DNA of 11,287 nucleotides from a virus: UHGV virus genome UHGV-0262291; one strand, 5' to 3'. Shown piece by piece: positions 6,477 to 11,287 of this stretch (position 1 is its first letter; each line of letters starts with the position of its first letter). The notes under the pieces were generated by a model. It saw only the letters and a program-made list of their open reading frames with translations, ran no database searches and was not told where the DNA came from. The position numbers and the translations under genes were made by a program.

Positions 6477-6899
6477 TCACAGTACCGTCTCCTGAAAATT
6501 ACCCTGATAGAAAGCCAGTACACGCTGCATAGCTTCACTCTTCCGGCACTCGCGACAGATTATGTTTAGGCGCCTGTCGTAGCGGCGTATTTCGCCGTCT
6601 GGTAATAGCCAGATAAGGTCCGGATCAACCACAGATGGTTTCTTCAGCTTTGCCCTTGAGAGTTTTTTGCGGGCGTTTTGCCAGTCCTTGCGCGCCTGCT
6701 CAGACGGGAATACTCCGTAACCGGAATTGTAAACATCACCACTGGCGGCCAGCTCCATGCATAAACGACCGACAGACGCATGACTGACACCAATTTCATC
6801 CGATAACTGCCGAATCGTGCCTCGTCCGTTAAGGCGTACGAATTCCACGATCAGCCCTTTAATTTTTTCCCGCTCTTCTTGTGTAAAAACTTTTGCCAC
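6477..6899 (-). CDS. Putative helix-turn-helix DNA-binding protein, 140 aa
   Basis: GTG start with AGGAGG 4 nt upstream; GTIRQLSDEIGVSHASVGRLCMELAASG resembles a winged-helix or HTH motif. Function unknown. Confidence 0.45.
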   Translation of the reverse strand: MAKVFTQEEREKIKGLIVEFVRLNGRGTIRQLSDEIGVSHASVGRLCMELAASGDVYNSGYGVFPSEQARKDWQNARKKLSRAKLKKPSVVDPDLIWLLPDGEIRRYDRRLNIICRECRKSEAMQRVLAFYQGNFQETVL

Positions 6900-6939
6900 A
6901 AGCCCTCCTGAAAATTACCTCATGACCAGAAATTAACAC

Positions 6940-8010
6940 TTACCCCCTGAAGCCCGGCGGAATTTCGTTATCCGGTTCAGTAATATGATTCACACAACGC
7001 TGGTTGTTCGTGCCGCTTACCGGGAGAAACCAGGGGTTCTCAAAATTCCGGTCCGGTCCAAAAAACGTCGTCGCTCGCTGAACAAATTCCGTTCCCGCTT
7101 TCCCGGTAGCCGCCAGGTATCTTGCGTAACGCCTCACGCCATCCAGCATGGCCTCTGGTGGCACCCCCTCGCGTAATCTGGCCTTCCAGGCACTGAAAGC
7201 GGATTTCTTCGGGTTTGCTCCGGCACGCAACGGGTACTCCCGCCAGACCTGTTCGAACACATCCGGATAATCCACTCGTCCCACAGACTGACCGGTGTTT
7301 TCCGGGACTACCCGATCGGCTTCCCGCTGAATGGCGGAATCGGCTTCAGGCTGCTGAAGTTGGTGTGATTGCTCCTGCCTTGCGGTCATCACCTGCTGCA
7401 CAGCGCCCGAATCGGCTTTCAGCGCATACGCTGAATCGGCTTCCGGTGTCGTGCCTGCTGGCTGACCGAGATTGACGGTCTGAACATCCCCTGCCTGGTT
7501 CGTGGCGTTTTTTACGCCATGGACCATAGTGTTTTGATCTTCTTGATCTATATCTTTATCTGTATCTTTATCTGTCGTGACTCGTCGTGACATGTGCGTG
7601 ACATTTCGTGACTCGCCGTGACAATCGCCATTTTGTTCCCGCTTTCTTTCCCTCTCTCGCTGCGCCCTCTTGCGCTCTGCCGGAGATTTTGCGGTTTGCG
7701 AAATATTGCCGTTGTCCTCTTTCAGCACCTGGCGTTTTTCCCATCCAGTGATTAAATCACCATCAAGTACCCGCCCCTGCATCGTCTGCAAAATTGAATC
7801 AATTACCTCTTCTGTCACGTCGAGCGCACTTGCCAAATCTTCTGTCGTGACATCAATGTGACCTCGCGTGACATTTCGTGACGCGCTCACCAGGAGGTGG
7901 ATATATACTGCCATCACTGTTGCAATTGGCTGCCCTGACACCCTGGCAATTGTTCGCCACTTAGGGTCATTTGGCATGTCATGCCATAATCTGAGCCAGG
8001 CGTTAGCCAT
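6940..8010 (-). CDS. Replication initiation protein with DnaT-like (primosomal protein I) C-terminal domain; contains the candidate origin
   Basis: The C-terminus ...VNHITEPDNEIPPGFRG closely matches the E. coli DnaT C-terminus as recalled (...VNTVSEPDSQIPPGFRG). Two CGTGAC iteron clusters lie inside the gene, as ori-lambda lies inside O. The ATG at 8010 has GAGG 5 nt upstream; the ORF track starts at a GTG at 8016. Confidence 0.65.
   Translation of the reverse strand: MANAWLRLWHDMPNDPKWRTIARVSGQPIATVMAVYIHLLVSASRNVTRGHIDVTTEDLASALDVTEEVIDSILQTMQGRVLDGDLITGWEKRQVLKEDNGNISQTAKSPAERKRAQRERERKREQNGDCHGESRNVTHMSRRVTTDKDTDKDIDQEDQNTMVHGVKNATNQAGDVQTVNLGQPAGTTPEADSAYALKADSGAVQQVMTARQEQSHQLQQPEADSAIQREADRVVPENTGQSVGRVDYPDVFEQVWREYPLRAGANPKKSAFSAWKARLREGVPPEAMLDGVRRYARYLAATGKAGTEFVQRATTFFGPDRNFENPWFLPVSGTNNQRCVNHITEPDNEIPPGFRG
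7551..7623. repeat. Iteron cluster 1: two tandem 12-bp AT-rich repeats followed by five CGTGAC direct repeats at 10-11 bp spacing (candidate origin)
   Basis: TATCTTTATCTG at 7551..7562 and 7563..7574; CGTGAC at 7576, 7586, 7597, 7607 and 7617. Confidence 0.6.
7814..7882. repeat. Iteron cluster 2: four (C/T)GTGAC repeats at 9-11 bp spacing plus one inverted copy
   Basis: CGTGAC at 7846, 7866 and 7876; TGTGAC at 7857; inverted GTCACG at 7814..7819. The 15-mer GTGACATTTCGTGAC occurs in both clusters (7598..7612 and 7868..7882). Confidence 0.55.
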
Positions 8011-8081
8011 ACTCACCTCTTCTGATACCGAATCTTTTTACTCACGAGTTGCCGGAAGCGATTCGACATGGCTATTGTCAG

Positions 8082-8507
8082 TCAATGTACTGCCACAGCA
8101 TTTCCTGCCGGGCCACCACGGTTCATCTGATTGAAACCGGCGATTGCCACTGCGACAAAATCATCAGCGTCTCTCACCAGTCGCTCCCGCGTCTCCACCA
8201 GCTCCCGAAAATAAGCTGAACTGTGGCTGCACATTCTGGCCACCAGCAAAGGTGGCATTGCCTTTTCGATCGCTGGTAACAACGCCTGAATTTTTTCAAC
8301 TGCATCAGGGGTGTCTTTCTCTACCCAGCGGAAAATTTTCTGGGTATTACGGGCCAGGGCTTCCGGATGGCTGTCGTCATACAGTTCCGGGAACGTCATT
8401 CCCAGCTCGAAATACGCTTTGGTAATTTTCGCAGCCGGTACTTTTTCGCCGTCCGGATGCGCCCAGACATTCATCGCCATGCGGATGTGTTCATGCTTGA
8501 TTTTCAT
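8082..8507 (-). CDS. YdaT-like protein (CII-like position, second gene of the early-right operon)
   Basis: 141-aa ORF starting MKIKHEHI..., with an ATGA overlap to the upstream Cro/YdaS-like gene. Resemblance to Rac prophage YdaT is from memory of its N-terminus and gene context and was not searched. Confidence 0.5.
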   Translation of the reverse strand: MKIKHEHIRMAMNVWAHPDGEKVPAAKITKAYFELGMTFPELYDDSHPEALARNTQKIFRWVEKDTPDAVEKIQALLPAIEKAMPPLLVARMCSHSSAYFRELVETRERLVRDADDFVAVAIAGFNQMNRGGPAGNAVAVH

Positions 8508-8719
8508 GAATCATTCTTTCCTTCGTTTGAGGTGCTATCCTGCTTCTTGTAAAGTTCTGGGTTGTATTTCAATTCACCGTTAGTAATTTCATCCAGTTCC
8601 ATTGCGCGAAGTTTGGGAATAACTGCTTTCCACCGCACAACAGCCACATGTGAAATTCCAAGAGCCTCAGCTACTAGTCGCTTTTTTTTGAAATAGCGCA
8701 GAACATCATCTTTGAACAT
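8504..8719 (-). CDS. Cro/YdaS-like HTH regulator (first gene of the early-right operon)
   Basis: 71-aa ORF with HTH-like segment KKRLVAEALGISHVAVVRWK; AGGAG SD 6 nt upstream; divergent from the CI-like gene across an operator-containing intergenic region. Confidence 0.65.
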   Translation of the reverse strand: MFKDDVLRYFKKKRLVAEALGISHVAVVRWKAVIPKLRAMELDEITNGELKYNPELYKKQDSTSNEGKNDS

Positions 8720-8748
8720 AAAACTCTCCTGTTATTTCGAGCAAAAGA

Positions 8749-8762
8749 GTAACAATAGTTAC
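8749..8762. promoter_or_regulatory. Operator-like palindrome GTAAC-N4-GTTAC (site 1, overlaps the candidate PR spacer and -10)
   Basis: GTAACAATAGTTAC. A perfect TTGACA -35 for the minus-strand promoter lies at plus 8770..8775 (read as TGTCAA); the -10 is weak. Confidence 0.5.
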
Positions 8763-8796
8763 ATAACAATGTCAACCATAGCAACATCACTTGGTA

Positions 8797-8810
8797 GTAA
8801 CATTGGTTAC
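8797..8810. promoter_or_regulatory. Operator-like palindrome GTAAC-N4-GTTAC (site 2, abutting the cI ATG)
   Basis: GTAACATTGGTTAC, 48 bp centre-to-centre from site 1 and ending 1 nt before the ATG at 8811. A candidate -10 TAACAT (8798..8803) ends 7 nt before the ATG, consistent with a leaderless PRM-like transcript. Confidence 0.5.
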
Positions 8811-9485
8811 ATGAAAAACACTATCAGCGAACGTATTCGGAATCGTCGAAAAGACGTTGGATTAACCCAACAGCAGGTTGCGAAAGCAATCGGCATATCT
8901 CGTGTATCCGTAACAAAATGGGAAAATGGCTCTTCAAAACCTGACGGTGAGAATTTGTATCTACTGTCAAAATTGCTTTCCAAATCTCCTGAATGGATTC
9001 TTTATGGAAAGGACGGTCACGATAAAGCCGATGATCTGCGTCTGAATCAGTACCCTTACATTAGTGACAACATCGCCCGGTTGCCCGTTTTAACGTGGGA
9101 ACAGGCTGGTTATTGGGATATGAGTTGTCCAGTAACCGAGATTCCTGGTATTAAGAATTGGGTTGATGTCATGACAAAAACCGCTGAAAACTCTTTTTTA
9201 TTGCATGTTGAGGGAGATGCGATGACAAACTCTAACGGCCTCCCAACCATCCCCGACGGATCTACCGTGCTGATCACACCATGCTCAAGTAACATTAGAG
9301 AACTGGTGGGAAAAATAATCTTAATCCAATTGGAAGGAACGCCAAACGTAACACTAAAAAAAGTTGCGATTGACGGACCAAACATCTATCTGTTGTCACT
9401 GAATCCGCTTTACAAACCCATCGAACTGAATGGTGGTTACACCATTAAAGGTAAAGTTTCACAAATACATCAATACTTAGACTGA
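8811..9485 (+). CDS. CI-like phage repressor (N-terminal HTH plus C-terminal LexA/S24-like domain with Ser-to-Ala at the nucleophile position)
   Basis: HTH LTQQQVAKAIGISRVSVTKWENG. The C-terminus aligns with lambda CI: EGDAM vs EGNSM, then PDG, LKK (catalytic Lys conserved) and LNPLY vs LNPQY. The ORF track starts at a TTG at 8712; in-frame ATGs at 8769 and 8811 are possible starts and neither has an SD. 8811 is chosen because it leaves a normal-length N-terminus before the HTH. Confidence 0.7.
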   Translation: MKNTISERIRNRRKDVGLTQQQVAKAIGISRVSVTKWENGSSKPDGENLYLLSKLLSKSPEWILYGKDGHDKADDLRLNQYPYISDNIARLPVLTWEQAGYWDMSCPVTEIPGIKNWVDVMTKTAENSFLLHVEGDAMTNSNGLPTIPDGSTVLITPCSSNIRELVGKIILIQLEGTPNVTLKKVAIDGPNIYLLSLNPLYKPIELNGGYTIKGKVSQIHQYLD

Positions 9486-9490
9486 GTCAG

Positions 9491-9517
9491 AACCCGCATT
9501 CATTGCGGGTTTTTTAT
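9491..9517 (+). terminator. Rho-independent terminator after the CI-like gene
   Basis: Hairpin AACCCGCA-(5 nt loop)-TGCGGGTT at 9491..9511 followed by TTTTAT. Confidence 0.7.
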
Positions 9518-9558
9518 GCCCTCAAATGTACCTTTTGCAACATTGTATTGACTCGAAA

Positions 9559-9574
9559 GGTAACTCTTGTTACC
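9559..9574. promoter_or_regulatory. Operator-like palindrome GGTAAC-N4-GTTACC (site 3, candidate OL/PL region for the plus-strand operon)
   Basis: Same half-sites as the two sites between cI and cro; a -35-like TTGACT lies immediately upstream at 9548..9553. The -10 is not clear. Confidence 0.45.
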
Positions 9575-9757
9575 TTAACAACATACCAACCCACCCCGCC
9601 CCACAGAACGCCGGGCAATACTTCGAGTTACCAAGCAGTGGTCAGGGGGTAAGTAGCCAGCCCGAGGCGTATGAACATGACGGCGGGAACACTTTGTATA
9701 ACAGCGCAGCAGGTTTTTAGTTCCGCTACCCCAGCGTTAAGGGGAAATGAGGTCAGC

Positions 9758-9913
9758 ATGGATACTATCGATCTTGGCAACAACGAATCTCTGGTGTACG
9801 GCGTGTTTCCCAACCAGGACGGCACGTTTACCGCGATGACGTATACCAGAAGCAAAACGTTTAAAACCGAAAATGGTGCCCGTCGCTGGCTGGAAAGAAA
9901 CTCAGGTGAGTGA
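9758..9913 (+). CDS. Hypothetical small protein, 51 aa
   Basis: ATG at 9758 with GAGGT SD 5 nt upstream (MDTIDLGNNESLVYGVFPNQDG...). The ORF track starts at 9671, but that upstream extension lacks an SD. Confidence 0.5.
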   Translation: MDTIDLGNNESLVYGVFPNQDGTFTAMTYTRSKTFKTENGARRWLERNSGE

Positions 9914-9914
9914 T

Positions 9915-10043
9915 ATGGATTTCGACACAATCATGGAAAAGGCTTACGAAGAATACTTCGATGGTATTGCCGAAGGCGAAGAAGCTCTCAGCTTCAGTGA
10001 ATTTAAACAGGCGCTTTCCAGTTCGGGAAAATCTAACGGCTGA
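9915..10043 (+). CDS. Hypothetical small acidic protein, 42 aa (below the ORF-track cutoff)
   Basis: ATG at 9915 with GGTGAG SD; translation MDFDTIMEKAYEEYFDGIAEGEEALSFSEFKQALSSSGKSNG; starts 1 nt after the stop of the upstream gene. Confidence 0.4.
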   Translation: MDFDTIMEKAYEEYFDGIAEGEEALSFSEFKQALSSSGKSNG

Positions 10044-10072
10044 TAAGCGAAATAGCACCGCGAGGAATCAGT

Positions 10073-10291
10073 ATGCAGAAACGAGAACCCGTCATCATCG
10101 CGCCAGACTATACCGATGATGAACTTTATGAGTGGATGCGCCAGAAAATTAATGCAGCGCAGGATCTGAAATGGGCCAATGAAGCCAGGACTAAGCAGGC
10201 TGAAAATCTGTCCGCTCTGGAGCAGGATATCACCAGGCTGGAAAAAGCAGCGGCATTAAGCATTGCCAGAATGGATACATACCCACGTTAA
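10073..10291 (+). CDS. Hypothetical protein, 72 aa
   Basis: ATG with GAGGAA SD 6 nt upstream; predicted helical, charged protein. Confidence 0.5.
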   Translation: MQKREPVIIAPDYTDDELYEWMRQKINAAQDLKWANEARTKQAENLSALEQDITRLEKAAALSIARMDTYPR

Positions 10292-10313
10292 TAGCTAACC
10301 AACGAGGCTAATA

Positions 10314-10715
10314 ATGGAATTTAAAGATTTACCAATGCCATTCCAGGAAATGGCAGCGAATGTGGTTCGCTCTCAACTGGCGACTCTTGACCTGAGTACT
10401 GTAGAAAAGGAAACCATCGATACTATATCCGGTAACGTGCGTCGTGCCTTTATAGGTCTGTATGAAGAGAAGCGCCTATTCAGCGGACAGAATTCGCCTG
10501 AAAACAAGAATCAAGCAAATGATGAGAAGCTGAAACACATTATCGCCTTACTTTTGGAAGACGCAAAACGTCTACAGCAACTGGAACCAAATGCAGGCAC
10601 AGAGGCCCGCATTTGGATTGCCATGAAATCACTCAAATGTGAAAGCAGTGATTATTTCAAAACAACAATTAAAACTACTCAACTTTCGGGAGAGCTACTG
10701 AAGAAATTGCCATAA
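10314..10715 (+). CDS. Hypothetical protein, 133 aa
   Basis: ATG with GAGG SD 7 nt upstream; the last 41 nt overlap the 3' end of the convergent minus-strand gene. Confidence 0.5.
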   Translation: MEFKDLPMPFQEMAANVVRSQLATLDLSTVEKETIDTISGNVRRAFIGLYEEKRLFSGQNSPENKNQANDEKLKHIIALLLEDAKRLQQLEPNAGTEARIWIAMKSLKCESSDYFKTTIKTTQLSGELLKKLP

Positions 10716-10953
10716 GAGCATGGTCTTTCTCTTGTTCTGCAAGATGAGCATTAATACCTGGTATGGTTTTTTCAAATTTATCTATCTGTTGAATAACAAC
10801 TTCGCGGTATACGTTTGTTTTTGTACCACCAAGCGCAGCCGTTAATGCAGAAAGCATATTTAGTATCATATCAGTGCGATATGAAAGAATCCTGATAGCT
10901 TCATCTTGTTTTTCAATAATAGATTGCAGGGCCTCAATTTGCTTTTTATCCAT
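10675..10953 (-). CDS. Hypothetical coiled-coil protein, 92 aa
   Basis: ATG at 10953 with AGGAGG SD 6 nt upstream (MDKKQIEALQSIIEKQDEAIRIL...). The ORF track extends to 10992, but that start has no SD. Confidence 0.5.
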   Translation of the reverse strand: MDKKQIEALQSIIEKQDEAIRILSYRTDMILNMLSALTAALGGTKTNVYREVVIQQIDKFEKTIPGINAHLAEQEKDHALMAISSVALPKVE

Positions 10954-11287
10954 TTCACCCTCCTGAGGGTTGGTAATTAAGGAGTTCTCCACGGGTCAGG
11001 TGGAGTGCGTGCGCCGGACACGGGTGAACATCCGGCACTGACAGTTTACTGAAAGGATATGTCCCTGAAAAGTCAGGGCATAACGCGAAAGCGCACGGCG
11101 AAATTGGTCTCTCTGTACGGTGTCGTTAAATTTAGTTCGACCGTGCGCTTCCGGTTGTGGCAATCCGCGAAATGGCGCGGCGGTAAGTATGGCGGGGTTA
11201 TTCCTTCCCCGTTGAGGACACCGGGTTGTCAGGTTGACCATACGCTTAAGTGACAACCCCGCTGCAACGCCCTCTGTTATCAATTTT

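Larger units (their letters stand above)
1..11287. mobile_element. Internal segment of a lambdoid (Rac/Qin-like) prophage: immunity region, replication module, accessory gene block, Q/late-promoter region
   Basis: Divergent CI-like/Cro-like pair with palindromic operators, iteron-bearing replication gene, RusA, Q-like gene followed by promoter and terminator, hok locus; gene order parallels lambdoid early-right operons. No integrase or att site lies inside the window, so the ends are undefined. Confidence 0.8.

Noticed and set aside
6985-8425. Plus-strand ORFs within the replication and YdaT-like genes (63, 86, 63, 88 and 93 aa)
   Set aside because: All antisense to supported genes; the iteron region creates spurious open frames.
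8311-8583. Plus-strand 90-aa and 61-aa ORFs across the cro/YdaT junction
   Set aside because: Antisense to two translationally coupled genes; no SD.
8712-8810. TTG start at 8712 for the CI-like gene
   Set aside because: Would place the N-terminus across the cro promoter and operators and add 33 residues before the HTH; the internal ATGs are more plausible.
9110-9385. Minus-strand 91-aa ORF
   Set aside because: Antisense within the CI-like gene.
9526-9930. ORFs 9526..9720 (plus) and 9628..9930 (minus), and the 9671 start of the 51-aa gene
   Set aside because: No SD; they span the operator and promoter region or run antisense to the SD-supported 51-aa gene.
9910-10119. Plus-strand 69-aa ORF
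   Set aside because: Wrong frame relative to the SD-supported 42-codon gene, and overlaps the start of the next gene; Arg-rich composition.
11125-11150. Possible tRNA T-arm (GTTCGA) suggesting a tRNA gene or att site
   Set aside because: Flanking bases do not form the required T-stem or acceptor stem, so no tRNA can be folded.
10996-11283. 95-aa minus-strand and 64-aa plus-strand ORFs in the GC-rich terminal region
   Set aside because: No SD, Arg-rich composition, and the region is dominated by hairpins; treated as non-coding structured sequence.
1-11287. CRISPR array, insertion sequence or integrase
   Set aside because: No regularly spaced direct repeats with unique spacers, no terminal inverted repeats flanking a transposase-like ORF, and no integrase-like ORF were seen; the iterons are short and lie within a gene.

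Overview
This window reads as an internal segment of a lambdoid (Rac/Qin-like) enterobacterial prophage, judged from gene order and motifs read by eye; no similarity search was run. Genes from about 130 to 8720 lie on the minus strand and form the early-right operon read right to left: Cro/YdaS-like repressor, YdaT-like protein, a replication initiator with internal iterons, a block of small accessory genes, a hok-type type I toxin locus, a DUF968/HNH protein, RusA, a Q-like antiterminator with a late-promoter/terminator pair, and a truncated DNA methyltransferase. A CI-like repressor sits divergently on the plus strand (8811..9485), followed by an operator-like palindrome and four small plus-strand genes. 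No rRNA, tRNA, CRISPR array, integrase or transposase was seen. The most notable observations are a CI-like repressor whose autocleavage serine is replaced by alanine, an origin-like iteron array inside an initiator with a DnaT-like C-terminus, a hok locus with its 5'-3' mRNA pairing intact, two unlisted small hydrophobic ORFs and a 22-bp perfect palindrome beside it, and a convergent overlapping gene pair next to a GC-rich structured region at the right edge. None of these is established as a new system; each is a candidate with a stated test.
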